The notes beneath the pieces are model-generated. The model did no database searches. It was given only the letters and a program-made list of their open reading frames with translations, and had not been told where the DNA came from. A program made the position numbers and the translations under genes. A stretch of 64,000 bases of DNA from Minisyncoccota bacterium (lineage in GTDB: Bacteria > Patescibacteriota > Minisyncoccia > Phycocordibacterales > UBA9973), in assembly GCA_031413715.1 (NCBI GenBank), contig JANOFO010000009.1, positions 2,718-66,717 of the forward strand, read 5' to 3'. Position 1 is the stretch's first letter, and each line of letters opens with the position of its first letter. This document shows positions 1 to 9,641 of the stretch, piece by piece.

Positions 1-1
1 T

Positions 2-238
2 TCTGGACTTACGGGATTTACCCGAGCAGCGGCATATGCTACTGTCTGCTCTCTTGCCTCGGGAACAAATGCTATTGTCGGGCTTACCTCAACTGCGGCG
101 AATATTTTAAATTCCGGTGGAGCGCCCGTTTCTGGCGGACATGCCGAAATTATCGTCAATGCCGCTATTAGCTCTACGACTCCTGCTCATAACGACTATA
201 CAGATGAGATTTTTTTTGTCGCAACGGGGACATTCTAA
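2..238 (+). CDS. C-terminal fragment (5'-truncated by window edge) of a Thr/Ala-rich secreted surface protein, paralog of 388..1608
   Basis: Frame-2 open reading from the window start to TAA at 236-238. Its C-terminus ...TTPAHNDYTDEIFFVATGTF aligns with the C-terminus ...QPAHSDYTDALTFIGTGTF of the next gene. Confidence 0.6.
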   Translation, partial: SGLTGFTRAAAYATVCSLASGTNAIVGLTSTAANILNSGGAPVSGGHAEIIVNAAISSTTPAHNDYTDEIFFVATGTF

Positions 239-387
239 TTTATTAAATTTTTTATAAAGTTATAAAAGTTATCCACAGAACTTTTTACGTCTATTTATAT
301 ATCTTTATATGTGCTAAAATGGGGCTATAAGTAAATATTATTAATCGAAATCTAATTAATAATCAATCTGTTAAAGCAGTTTGTCTT

Positions 388-1608
388 ATGAAAATATTTA
401 AATTCAAAAAATCTATGTTGTCGAAGCTCGCAAGTTCTACTATAATAACAGCTTTGATTTTGCTTACCTCATTTGGTCCACAGCTTGCAGAAGCTCTTGC
501 TATTACAGCATCAAAAGACACAGCAACAAGGCTCCAGATTAGCACTGCTGCCGACCATGTTATAAGTTTCACACTGCCGACTGGCATAGATCTGGATGTG
601 ACTACCCAGCATGATGGATTCCACTTTGATTTTCCTGCATCATTTACTTCAGCTGGTACATGGGCCAATGCTGACTTCGCTTTTACGGACAGCAACGGTT
701 CTCACACCATTGAAGGTACAACTCAAGGCGCCGGTACTATTACTTGTACCTCTACAACAGCGCAAAATGTTTGTGTTGCTGTTGATACCACCAACAATAT
801 CTTTACCGTTAAGCCCTCGACAACCTACACTGCTTCTTCCACAGCATCAGCTATTACATTTACAATCTTAGGTACAGGTGCGGGCGGTACGCTTACCAAT
901 CCCGCTTCAGTAGCTGCGACTAACATTGATTTCCAGATGTGTGATGAGACAGCTTCTTGCTTCACATCTTTTACCATATCCCACTCTAGCCAGATTGCCT
1001 ACGCTGTCATTGATGACGATGCAGTAGCAATAACCGCGACGGTCAATTCATCAATTACTTTTGATTTAGATACTGCGGGAAGCAATGATAGTACGTGTGA
1101 TACAGATGAAACTGCGGCACCGTATATAATAGCTCTAGGCTCGATTACAACTACTGATACAAGAGTCTCTGGTGCAACTGATACTATCAATTTAATCTGT
1201 GTTGATCTTGACACCAATGCCTCCGGTGGAGCAGTGATTACTATCGCAAATGCCAATGGAACAAACGGCCTTGCGTCTACATCAGTTCCAGCTGATGACA
1301 TAGACAGTGTTACTGGTAGCGTGGCAGACAACACAGAGAATTATGGTGTATGCATTGTTACCAGTACAGCTACAACAGGTACTCTAGACGATGAAGGATT
1401 ATACGACGGTGATACTTGCGCGGCAAACTCCGAAACTAATAATGTTAAAACACTGTCTGCCACAGCAGGCAATATCTTCGATACCAATGGCGCTCCGATT
1501 GCCGGTGGTCGCGGAACGATATCCGTGCAAGCTTCAATTACTGGAGTTCAGCCTGCTCATAGCGACTACACTGATGCCCTCACCTTTATAGGAACGGGCA
1601 CATTCTAG
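388..1608 (+). CDS. Secreted Thr/Ala/Ser-rich beta-rich surface protein (signal peptide ...LAEA; conserved C-terminal DYT..TF motif)
   Basis: 406-aa ORF. N-terminal hydrophobic signal sequence, T/S/A-rich low-complexity body. C-terminal motif shared with 2..238, 24712..25353 and 26365..27141. Confidence 0.7.
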   Translation: MKIFKFKKSMLSKLASSTIITALILLTSFGPQLAEALAITASKDTATRLQISTAADHVISFTLPTGIDLDVTTQHDGFHFDFPASFTSAGTWANADFAFTDSNGSHTIEGTTQGAGTITCTSTTAQNVCVAVDTTNNIFTVKPSTTYTASSTASAITFTILGTGAGGTLTNPASVAATNIDFQMCDETASCFTSFTISHSSQIAYAVIDDDAVAITATVNSSITFDLDTAGSNDSTCDTDETAAPYIIALGSITTTDTRVSGATDTINLICVDLDTNASGGAVITIANANGTNGLASTSVPADDIDSVTGSVADNTENYGVCIVTSTATTGTLDDEGLYDGDTCAANSETNNVKTLSATAGNIFDTNGAPIAGGRGTISVQASITGVQPAHSDYTDALTFIGTGTF

Positions 1609-1627
1609 ATAAGCAAATTTCCTAGCA

Positions 1628-2656
1628 ATGCATAACTACTCAAAAAAAAAGAGATATCTGGTGTTCTTGACTATCGTCATGATGAGTGCGCTCTTTGTTC
1701 CACATCACTCAGATGCCCTTGGCCTATCTCCTGTTCGTATTGAGATTAGCGGTAACCCTGGCGAGACTGTTGCCAATGAAATGCTCCTTACTAACGAAAC
1801 TAAAAAAGAAGAAACATACTATTCTTCATACGCTAATTTTGAAGCCCAGGGTGAAACAGGCAACCCATCCCTTGTGGTACCCAAAGACGGTCTCGGTACA
1901 TGGATGAAAACCGAGGCGAGCATTACACTTGGGCCAAATACTTCCCAAGTAGTAAAGGTTTCTATCAAGATTCCGCGTGATGCAGAGCCGGGAGGACACT
2001 TCGGCGCGATAATGTGGGGCACAACGCCAAATACACCTGGAAACGGAGTTGCCATCGGCGCCAAAACGGCGATGCTCGTCCTCTTGTCTGTTACCGGAGA
2101 TGTTCAAGAAAATGGCGGACTCATAGAGTTTTCAACAAAAAATCATAAAATTTGGTACAACACCTTGCCTGTTTCATTTGTCTATCGGTTTAGAAATGAT
2201 GGAGGAGACCGTATCAAGCCGGTTGGTAAAATTACAATGCATAACATTATTTATCTTCCTGCTGATCGTATCGATGCCAATCCGAGCGCTGGCAATATAT
2301 TGCCGGGTACAACGCGTCGTTTTGAAGTTGATTGGCATAAATACAAACATGCTCTAGAGTATGCTGCGCCTGCAGGCATCTTTGCTCAATTCTTTGATTC
2401 GGCGCTATATCAATGGAAAAACTTTGCCATCGGTCCATACTTTGCCAAGCTCAATCTTCTTTACGGTACTGATGCTATTCGTGTCAGTAAGTATGCTTTC
2501 TTTTTTGTATTTCCATGGCAGTTAATCATCTGTCTCGTTCTTATCATAATGACCCTATGGTTGGGTGGGAAAAAACTAATCAAACGATATAACAGGTACA
2601 TAATCAAGAAGGCACGTGCTGGTATGAATATGCCAAACGATGCCTCTCATGTATAG
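1628..2656 (+). CDS. Membrane-anchored extracytoplasmic protein (signal peptide, C-terminal TM plus K/R tail), DAEPxGxxGA-motif family; architecture reminiscent of DUF916/DUF3324 cell-surface proteins
   Basis: 342-aa ORF. Clear paralog of 25384..26355 (shared DAEPGGHFGAIMW / DAEPRGYYGALIV, NDGGDRIKPVGKITMHN / NTGNVHLVPYGEVTIKN). C-terminal hydrophobic helix followed by KRYNRY. Confidence 0.65.
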   Translation: MHNYSKKKRYLVFLTIVMMSALFVPHHSDALGLSPVRIEISGNPGETVANEMLLTNETKKEETYYSSYANFEAQGETGNPSLVVPKDGLGTWMKTEASITLGPNTSQVVKVSIKIPRDAEPGGHFGAIMWGTTPNTPGNGVAIGAKTAMLVLLSVTGDVQENGGLIEFSTKNHKIWYNTLPVSFVYRFRNDGGDRIKPVGKITMHNIIYLPADRIDANPSAGNILPGTTRRFEVDWHKYKHALEYAAPAGIFAQFFDSALYQWKNFAIGPYFAKLNLLYGTDAIRVSKYAFFFVFPWQLIICLVLIIMTLWLGGKKLIKRYNRYIIKKARAGMNMPNDASHV

Positions 2657-3560
2657 TATAAAATACATAACTAAATGGTTTATTATTGCATCGACGGTGC
2701 TTTTGGTGCCGATTCACGCTTTTGCATTTACTATCACCACTCCTCCAGAAGAAGTAGCGATATCGGCCCAAGTTATTTCAACGACTCCACCATCTCCATC
2801 TAGCAATTCAAGTGGAGGCGGGGGTTACTTTGTTAGTTCTAGCATTACATTCTCCGGCATTGCGTATCCATTTGCGCGAGTTTATATACAGCAAGATGGT
2901 CAGGCTGCTATGACTGTGACTGCTGATTTTTTCGCTCGATTCTCGGCGACTATCTATAATCTTCCAACTAACATATATAAGTTCTCCGTGTATGCAAAAG
3001 ACAGTGAAGGTAGAAAATCTGCATCGTTTGCCTTTCCACTGGCCATAACATACGGAACAACTGTAAATATTAACAATATTTACTTGTCTCCAACTATTGA
3101 TATTGATAAAAGCCACGTTGCACGGGGCGATAGCCTTATTATATTTGGTCAAAGCGCTCCCCAGGCAAGCGTAAATATTTCAGTTAACTCTAATATTCTG
3201 CATTTATATTCGGCCACGACGAACATCATTGGCCAGTATTCATACAATCTTGATACCTCGTCTCTTCTGTTTGGTCCAAATCAAACTAAGTCGAGAGCGA
3301 TGATAAACAGCCAGCTGACCTCGTTCACCCCACCGCTTACATTCATTGTGGGAGACAGAAACAAAAAAAAAGAGGTAGTTGAATGTACAACAATCGTGGC
3401 TGACCTTAACTGCGATGGGAAAGTCAGCCTGATAGATTTCTCTATTATGGCCTACTGGTATAGAAACACTAATCCTCCTTCTCGGGTTGACCTCAATAGT
3501 GACGGAGTGATATCGCTCGCGGATTTTAGCATTCTAGCATTTTACTGGACCGGATTATGA
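2640..3560 (+). CDS. Secreted protein with C-terminal type-I dockerin-like tandem repeat
   Basis: 306-aa ORF with signal peptide. C-terminus DLNCDGKVSLIDFSIMAYWY...VDLNSDGVISLADFSILAFYW gives two DxNxDGxV(S)xxD Ca-binding segments typical of dockerins. Start could be the second Met (2649). Confidence 0.65.
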   Translation: MPLMYSIKYITKWFIIASTVLLVPIHAFAFTITTPPEEVAISAQVISTTPPSPSSNSSGGGGYFVSSSITFSGIAYPFARVYIQQDGQAAMTVTADFFARFSATIYNLPTNIYKFSVYAKDSEGRKSASFAFPLAITYGTTVNINNIYLSPTIDIDKSHVARGDSLIIFGQSAPQASVNISVNSNILHLYSATTNIIGQYSYNLDTSSLLFGPNQTKSRAMINSQLTSFTPPLTFIVGDRNKKKEVVECTTIVADLNCDGKVSLIDFSIMAYWYRNTNPPSRVDLNSDGVISLADFSILAFYWTGL

Positions 3561-4474
3561 AACATACGATTTTAAAAAAATCTATAGTAATTATGTGTAG
3601 TCTAGTTTTGTTTCTAGCTTGTACTACTTATGTACTGGCATCAGAACTATTCTTTACTCCTTCCGCAAAAATGATAGGGCTCGGCGAAGAATTTTATGTT
3701 GATCTAATGCTTGATCCGGAAAATACCTCTGTAAACGGAATTGAGTCTACTATCGTATTTCCTCCCGACAAGATTTCTTTCGTTAGAAGCGAAGAAGGTA
3801 AATCAATGGTTGATCTGTGGATTGAAAAAACGAAAGAAAAGGCCGGAGTAATTGCTTTTTCAGGCATAATTTCGGGCGGTTTTTCCGGCGTTATAGACCC
3901 ATTCTATTCCGATATAAAATCGCCAGGATTGTTAGTTCGCTTAGTATTTAGAGGAGAGAGGCCGGGAGATGCAACAATCGAAAGCATTTCTTCGCATGTA
4001 GCCCACAATGATGGGGAAGGTACCACAGAGACCATTCTTCCACAAAGTGTTTTAGTTTCCGTAGAAAATAAAACTGCTTCCGATTCATATAAAAATATAG
4101 ACGAAACAAAGCCCGAACTTGTGGTATATGTAATCCGTGATCAGAATATTTTTAATAACAAATACACGCTTGTGATACAAGCGAACGATAAAGAGTCTGG
4201 AATTCGAGATATAATGGTTAAAGAAGGGGGTAGAGATTGGCAGATAGCCGAGAGTCCATATCTCCTTGAAGATCAGGACCGAGGCAGTACAATTACTATT
4301 CGCGCTACTAATCACACTGAACTTAGCGCTACAATGACGATTGATCCTACGGCACGCAACTTTTCTGAAGGATCTAATGCAGTTCTACTTATAATCTTTA
4401 GTATATTATTACTGATTACTTTACGGGGAATATATTCACGTAGGAGAAAAAGCCGCGAGTCTCGAGATATATGA
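3557..4474 (+). CDS. Cohesin-like domain protein with C-terminal membrane anchor
   Basis: 305-aa ORF. Signal peptide, cohesin-like beta-sandwich stretch (YVDLMLDPENTSVNGIESTIVFPPDKISFVRSEEG), C-terminal TM (AVLLIIFSILLLITL) plus RRRK tail. 4-nt ATGA overlap with the upstream gene. Confidence 0.5.
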   Translation: MKHTILKKSIVIMCSLVLFLACTTYVLASELFFTPSAKMIGLGEEFYVDLMLDPENTSVNGIESTIVFPPDKISFVRSEEGKSMVDLWIEKTKEKAGVIAFSGIISGGFSGVIDPFYSDIKSPGLLVRLVFRGERPGDATIESISSHVAHNDGEGTTETILPQSVLVSVENKTASDSYKNIDETKPELVVYVIRDQNIFNNKYTLVIQANDKESGIRDIMVKEGGRDWQIAESPYLLEDQDRGSTITIRATNHTELSATMTIDPTARNFSEGSNAVLLIIFSILLLITLRGIYSRRRKSRESRDI

Positions 4475-5208
4475 AGATCAATCATCTTAAAATAACTTTA
4501 TATAGCTTTGCAATTCTCGGAATATTTTTGATATCTGCGCCTTCTTTTGCTGTTACTGCAATCAATTTTGACGGTCCGTCGCTATTGCCCACTGCTCGAA
4601 TTTTTATAAAGCCGAGCTCTGGTAATTATACAGCAGGTTCTACATTTGAAGCCCCGATTTACATAGATACAGAGAATAATAATATCAACGCTATCAATAT
4701 AAAACTGCGCTTTGACTCATCTAAACTTAAGGTTGTAAAATCTTCAAGCGGTGATTCAATCTTTGGTATATGGATAGAGAGTCCAAATTATGACAATGTG
4801 AAAGGTACGGCAAGCCTGGTGGGTGTGATACCAAATGGTATCGTCACATCATCCGGACTTATTGCGACGATTACCTTCAAAGCGCTTACAACAGGGCATG
4901 CCAATGTGATGCTTACTGACTATTCGAGCGCTAATCTCAATGATGGATATGGTACAGAAGTGAAATTAATTGAAAGTGGAGCATCGTATAATTTTACACC
5001 AGCAACCCCCAATTCGATCGTGGAGACACCTAAAGATACTTTCCCTAAACCAATTATTATCTATATTCATGATAAACAAGAGTCCTTTTTCCTATCTATA
5101 TATGCTGATCTATTTCTAAAATACAATTTTCCGATTCTTCTGCTCCTGTTACTACTTTTACTCCTTCTAGAAGAGAGGCGAAAAAAGGGAAAAACCCTTA
5201 ATAACTAA
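4471..5208 (+). CDS. Cohesin-like domain protein with C-terminal poly-Leu membrane anchor
   Basis: 245-aa ORF. Signal peptide, cohesin-like region (NAINIKLRFDSSKLKVVKSSSGDSIFGIW...ATITFKALTTGHANVMLTD), C-terminal ILLLLLLLLLLLEERRKKGK. 4-nt overlap with the upstream gene. Confidence 0.55.
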   Translation: MKINHLKITLYSFAILGIFLISAPSFAVTAINFDGPSLLPTARIFIKPSSGNYTAGSTFEAPIYIDTENNNINAINIKLRFDSSKLKVVKSSSGDSIFGIWIESPNYDNVKGTASLVGVIPNGIVTSSGLIATITFKALTTGHANVMLTDYSSANLNDGYGTEVKLIESGASYNFTPATPNSIVETPKDTFPKPIIIYIHDKQESFFLSIYADLFLKYNFPILLLLLLLLLLLEERRKKGKTLNN

Positions 5209-5295
5209 AGCTATTAACCCTTTCTTTTTAAGCTCATTTTTGCTATACTGTGAGAGTATTTCACCCGTCTAAAAGGGCGATTTTTCAATAACAAA

Positions 5296-7413
5296 ATGGC
5301 CAAAAAAGAAGAAAAAATATCTAAAAAAGGTAGTCCCTCCATCGAAAAGGCTGGCAAGTATGGAGCTGATCAGATATCTGTCCTCGAAGGCCTTGAGCCG
5401 GTACGTCGCCGTCCTGGAATGTATATCGGATCGACTGGCATAGACGGCCTCCACCATCTCATCTGGGAAATATTCGATAACTCTCGCGACGAGGCGATGG
5501 GCGGGTTTGCTGATCATATTGAAGTCACACTTCTTCCAGGGAATTCTGTCCGCGTCGTGGATAACGGCCGCGGCATTCCCGTTGATGTTCATCCGAAAAC
5601 GAAAGTGTCTGCTTTAGAGACTGTCATGACTACGCTTCATGCCGGTGGAAAATTTGGTGGAGACGATTCTGGATATAAAGTTTCCGGCGGACTCCATGGT
5701 GTCGGCGCCTCGGTTGTCAATGCACTTTCTATACATACAAAAGCTGAAGTTCATCGTGATGGTGGAAAATATATTCAAGAATATTCCCAAGGTAAAAGAA
5801 AAGCTGCTGTTAAAAAAGTAGGTACTTCAAAACAACACGGTACCATCATAAGCTTCACACCTGACGAGGAGATCTTTAAGCAAGTTAAATTTGATGGCAA
5901 TACAGTTATCAATCATTTGCGCCAGCAAGCATATCTCGTGAAAGGTTTGCGTATAGACATCATTGATGCACGCGACCTGTCTTCAAAAGAAGGCGCAAAA
6001 CTTGATTCCGATTCAATTTTTTGGTTTTCTGACTTGGGTCTCGAAGTTCCCTCCACTACATTTTACTTTGAAGGTGGGCTTGTGTCGCTTGTAAAATTTT
6101 ATAATAAACTTCAAAAACCTATTCATCCGAGTGTATTCTATATAGAGCGAGAGCTTGATAATGTCGGAGTAGAAGTTGCGTTGCAATACGTGGATGATGT
6201 AAATGCCCATATCGTTCCTTTTGCCAATAATATTTATAACCCAGAAGGTGGTACGCATGTTACAGGGTTCAAAACTGCGCTCACCCGCATACTCAATACG
6301 TATGGCAAAAAGAACAACATGATCAAAGAAGCCGACGGGGGATTTACTGGTGATGATGTTCTCGAAGGTCTTATGGTCGTCGTCTCAGTTAAACTTCGTG
6401 AAATTCAGTTTGAAGGTCAGACTAAAGGGAAGTTAGGATCAACCGAGGCTCAAGGTGCTGTCGCTACCGTATTCGGTGATGCATTTACGACTTTCTTGGA
6501 AGAGAATCCTGACGAAGCGAAAGCTATAATTAATAAATCAATATTAGCACTTAGGTCTCGTAAAGCCGCCAAGGCGGCAAAGGATTCCATTCTCCGTAAA
6601 GGAGCGCTTGAGGGCATGACTCTGCCAGGCAAGCTCGCTGATTGCCAGACAAAAAGTGCCGAAGAGGCAGAGCTTTTTATTGTAGAGGGAGATTCTGCTG
6701 GTGGAACTGCTAAAATGGGGCGCGACAGAAAAACCCAAGCAATACTTCCGCTTCGCGGAAAGATTCTCAATGTTGAGCGCGCTCGCCTTGATCGAATGCT
6801 CGGATCTGAGCAGATTAAAAATCTAGTAATTGCGATGGGCAGTTCTATCGGTGACACCTTTGATCTCGAAAAAATTCGCTACCACAAGATAATAATCGCT
6901 ACTGATGCCGATGTAGATGGAGCGCACATTCGCACTCTCATCCTTACCCTTATGTATAGGTATTTCCGCTTGGTCCTGGATGCTGGCTATGTATATATTG
7001 CCCAACCTCCGCTATTTAAAATCAAAAAAGGCAAAGAAATATTTTACGCTTATTCTGACCAAGAACGCGACAAGATCCTAGGCAAGGATGCCCCTTCGCT
7101 TGCTGAGCTTCTTTCCGAGTCTGCACAAGATGGTGCAGAAGAGGTAGAGGCAGAAATTGAAGAAGAAGACGCACAAACTAAAGCTAAAAAATCTGTAAAA
7201 ATTCATATACAAAGATACAAAGGTCTCGGTGAAATGAACGCTGAAGAACTTTGGGAGACAACTATGGACCCAGAGAGAAGGATTCTAAAACAAGTGACGA
7301 TAAATGATGCTGAAGACGCAAATAAAGTCTTCGACATGCTCATGGGTTCCGAAGTTCCTCCACGTAAGGCCTTCATCCAGTCTCACGCAAAGATGGCGAA
7401 TTTGGATATATAA
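5296..7413 (+). CDS. gyrB: DNA gyrase subunit B
   Basis: 705 aa. GHKL ATPase N-terminus (LEGLEPVRRRPGMYIGST, HLIWEIFDNSRDEAM), TOPRIM region (EGDSAGG), C-terminal ...RKAFIQSHAKMANLDI. Confidence 0.95.
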   Translation: MAKKEEKISKKGSPSIEKAGKYGADQISVLEGLEPVRRRPGMYIGSTGIDGLHHLIWEIFDNSRDEAMGGFADHIEVTLLPGNSVRVVDNGRGIPVDVHPKTKVSALETVMTTLHAGGKFGGDDSGYKVSGGLHGVGASVVNALSIHTKAEVHRDGGKYIQEYSQGKRKAAVKKVGTSKQHGTIISFTPDEEIFKQVKFDGNTVINHLRQQAYLVKGLRIDIIDARDLSSKEGAKLDSDSIFWFSDLGLEVPSTTFYFEGGLVSLVKFYNKLQKPIHPSVFYIERELDNVGVEVALQYVDDVNAHIVPFANNIYNPEGGTHVTGFKTALTRILNTYGKKNNMIKEADGGFTGDDVLEGLMVVVSVKLREIQFEGQTKGKLGSTEAQGAVATVFGDAFTTFLEENPDEAKAIINKSILALRSRKAAKAAKDSILRKGALEGMTLPGKLADCQTKSAEEAELFIVEGDSAGGTAKMGRDRKTQAILPLRGKILNVERARLDRMLGSEQIKNLVIAMGSSIGDTFDLEKIRYHKIIIATDADVDGAHIRTLILTLMYRYFRLVLDAGYVYIAQPPLFKIKKGKEIFYAYSDQERDKILGKDAPSLAELLSESAQDGAEEVEAEIEEEDAQTKAKKSVKIHIQRYKGLGEMNAEELWETTMDPERRILKQVTINDAEDANKVFDMLMGSEVPPRKAFIQSHAKMANLDI

Positions 7414-7420
7414 CCTAATT

Positions 7421-8587
7421 ATGACAATAGAAAAACTTTACATCGGTACCTGGTTCCAACGGACGACACTCCACCTCTCCGAGCTCTGGAAGCTGTTTGA
7501 TATTGACGGGCCGGAAACCGTTTTTGAAAAAAGTGATCTTATTCCTTTACGTAAATTTCTTAATCTTGCAGAGAGTGACCGTATAACTTCTGGATTCGAG
7601 GGTATAAAGTTTAAAACAGCATCAGGTATTTTGGGAACTATCTATGAAGATGGGCTTATGATTATCGCAACAGATGATGTGTCCGACACTGAAGAGGCTA
7701 AGGAATCTCTCAGACTCTACTATGAAAATTGCTTATCGAAGGCGGTCGCATATTTGTTCAGCAAAGGCGCGCCGATCCCGAAAGAGCTTGCCAATATTCC
7801 GACTGTTCTCCCATATATGTTCGTGGTTTCCAAGGGTAAGGATGATGAGATAGAGAATAAATTTTTTGGAGATAAGGAGAGGCTTCATAGTAAGACGGTA
7901 GGAAACAAAACCTCAGTTTGGAAAGGTTCATCAACCATGGTTCTTCATAATCCCACAAACGATGTCCAGCAAGCTATGATTGTCGAGACCCATATATTCT
8001 TTCGTGAGTTCAAAGTCCAGCTTGAGCGCTATCTTTCCATACATCGTTCCTTGTGGGAAAAGATCAAGAAGATCCTTGAGTCGGACAAAATAAAAGGCAC
8101 GGACATCGAACCTATCCGTACCGAACTGCAAGGATATCAGAAAACGGTCAATCTTATCGAAGCACGCATTAATCAGATGCCTGCATACGTCAAAACTCGC
8201 CAAAAACTCACAGTTATAGAAGGGGATGATAGTCTTGTTCTTATCACCTCGCTTCGGTTTGAAGATCTTCTCGATACTCATGAATATATCAAGCATCTTT
8301 GGGCTATGACCAAAAATTATTTGCAGTCAGCGCTCGATATGCTTACTGCGCTTCAATCCGAGAGTACCAAGACGAGTATTTCCTCTCTCCAGCTTGTCAC
8401 TACGATCGGCGTCATTTCAGGACTCATCGCGTATCTCGGCAAAGATGCACTTCCGCCGTTTACGATATTCGGCCTAGGATATCTGGCAAGCCTCCTTCTT
8501 CTCACTTGGCTCATCAATTCGGTTATTTCGTATATTTTCAAACGTAGGATGTATACAGTTAAGAAACATCCTAATCTAAAACTTTAA
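7421..8587 (+). CDS. Hypothetical membrane protein (cytoplasmic domain plus two C-terminal TM helices)
   Basis: The ORF track starts it at 7304 inside gyrB. The first ATG after the gyrB stop is 7421 (MTIEKLYIG...). Two C-terminal hydrophobic helices. Lies upstream of the CorC-like gene. Confidence 0.6.
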   Translation: MTIEKLYIGTWFQRTTLHLSELWKLFDIDGPETVFEKSDLIPLRKFLNLAESDRITSGFEGIKFKTASGILGTIYEDGLMIIATDDVSDTEEAKESLRLYYENCLSKAVAYLFSKGAPIPKELANIPTVLPYMFVVSKGKDDEIENKFFGDKERLHSKTVGNKTSVWKGSSTMVLHNPTNDVQQAMIVETHIFFREFKVQLERYLSIHRSLWEKIKKILESDKIKGTDIEPIRTELQGYQKTVNLIEARINQMPAYVKTRQKLTVIEGDDSLVLITSLRFEDLLDTHEYIKHLWAMTKNYLQSALDMLTALQSESTKTSISSLQLVTTIGVISGLIAYLGKDALPPFTIFGLGYLASLLLLTWLINSVISYIFKRRMYTVKKHPNLKL

Positions 8588-8590
8588 ACC

Positions 8591-9592
8591 ATGAACATAC
8601 TCCTTGCTATTGTTTGCATTTTATTCTCAGCGTTGTTCGCAGGATTGACCCTCGGACTGATGGGCCTCGATCTATCTACGCTTAGGCGCAAGATGAAACA
8701 TGGAGATCGTGATGCTGCTCGTGTTTACCATATTCGCGAGAATGGAATGTTCCTCCTGACTACGCTTCTATTGGGAAATGCTGCCGCATCGGCGTTCTTC
8801 TCGATACTTGTTGGAGATATTGTAAATAATTATTGGGCTGGAATCATCGCCACTGCCGCTCTTTTTATTGTCGGTGAAATACTACCACAAGCCATTGTCT
8901 CTCGATTTGCCCTTTCTTTTGGCGCTCATACAGCTCCGCTGATTCGCTTTATTATGATAATTTTCTCACCGATCTGCTACCCGATAGCATGGATACTCAA
9001 TAAAATTCTAGGCAAAGAAACTCCGACAAGTTATACCAAGCGCGACCTGCTCTCTATCATCGAAGATGATAAGACGACCCCTGATGGAGATGTCGATCAT
9101 GATGAACGACGAATTGCCAAAGGCGCCTTCTCATTCTCGCATCGCCTTGTAGAACATGTCATGACGCCGAATACAGTAGTCAAGCTCGTTCATGCAGAAG
9201 ATATTATTGATGAAGCATATTTGGCTGATCTGAAGGATTCCGGTTACTCCCGGCTTCCAGTCGGTACCAATGACCCGAATCAATTTGTGGGTATTTTGTA
9301 TTTGAAGGATCTTCTCGGCATTGTGATTCCGAAAAAAGTAAGAGACGTAATGGATTCTACTATTCATTTCGTAAATACTTCGGATCCTCTTGATACGGTC
9401 CTTGATCAATTTATTAAAACCAAAATGCATCTCTTTGTAGTTCTCGATGAGTTCGGAGGATTCGAAGGAGTGATTACGGTAGAAGACGTGATCGAAGAGA
9501 TCATCGGTGCTGAAATAATGGATGAAGATGATGTAACCCCCGATCTTCGTCAAGAAGCCATGCTTCATAGAATTCGTAGAAGGGTAGAGTAA
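8591..9592 (+). CDS. CNNM/CorC-HlyC family transporter (DUF21 membrane domain plus CBS pair)
   Basis: 333 aa. N-terminal multi-TM DUF21-like region (LLGNAAASAFFSIL), then CBS-like region. Confidence 0.8.
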   Translation: MNILLAIVCILFSALFAGLTLGLMGLDLSTLRRKMKHGDRDAARVYHIRENGMFLLTTLLLGNAAASAFFSILVGDIVNNYWAGIIATAALFIVGEILPQAIVSRFALSFGAHTAPLIRFIMIIFSPICYPIAWILNKILGKETPTSYTKRDLLSIIEDDKTTPDGDVDHDERRIAKGAFSFSHRLVEHVMTPNTVVKLVHAEDIIDEAYLADLKDSGYSRLPVGTNDPNQFVGILYLKDLLGIVIPKKVRDVMDSTIHFVNTSDPLDTVLDQFIKTKMHLFVVLDEFGGFEGVITVEDVIEEIIGAEIMDEDDVTPDLRQEAMLHRIRRRVE

Positions 9593-9641
9593 AAAATTGA
9601 CAATTTAATATTTTCATGTATAATGTAAAAAATTTTAAAAC

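Noticed and set aside
363-1334. Minus-strand ORFs 363..695 and 999..1334, plus the small plus-strand ORF 611..871
   Set aside because: They are embedded in the Thr-rich surface-protein gene 388..1608, which has a signal peptide and a conserved paralogous C-terminus. The alternative frames are repeat-driven.
388-1608. Calling the Thr-rich secreted proteins WxL-domain proteins
   Set aside because: The gene-pair architecture (secreted T-rich protein plus membrane-anchored partner) recalls WxL/DUF916 loci. However, none of the four paralogs contains the two C-terminal W-x-L motifs. They instead share a DYT..TF terminal motif. They are kept as a distinct family.
5269-5592. 107-aa minus-strand ORF overlapping the gyrB start
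   Set aside because: It is antisense to the conserved gyrB N-terminus and has no independent signals.
7304-7420. N-terminal 39 residues of the ORF-track gene 7304..8587
   Set aside because: This part overlaps the 3' end of gyrB (which ends at 7413) in another frame. The first ATG after the gyrB stop (7421) gives a sensible start.
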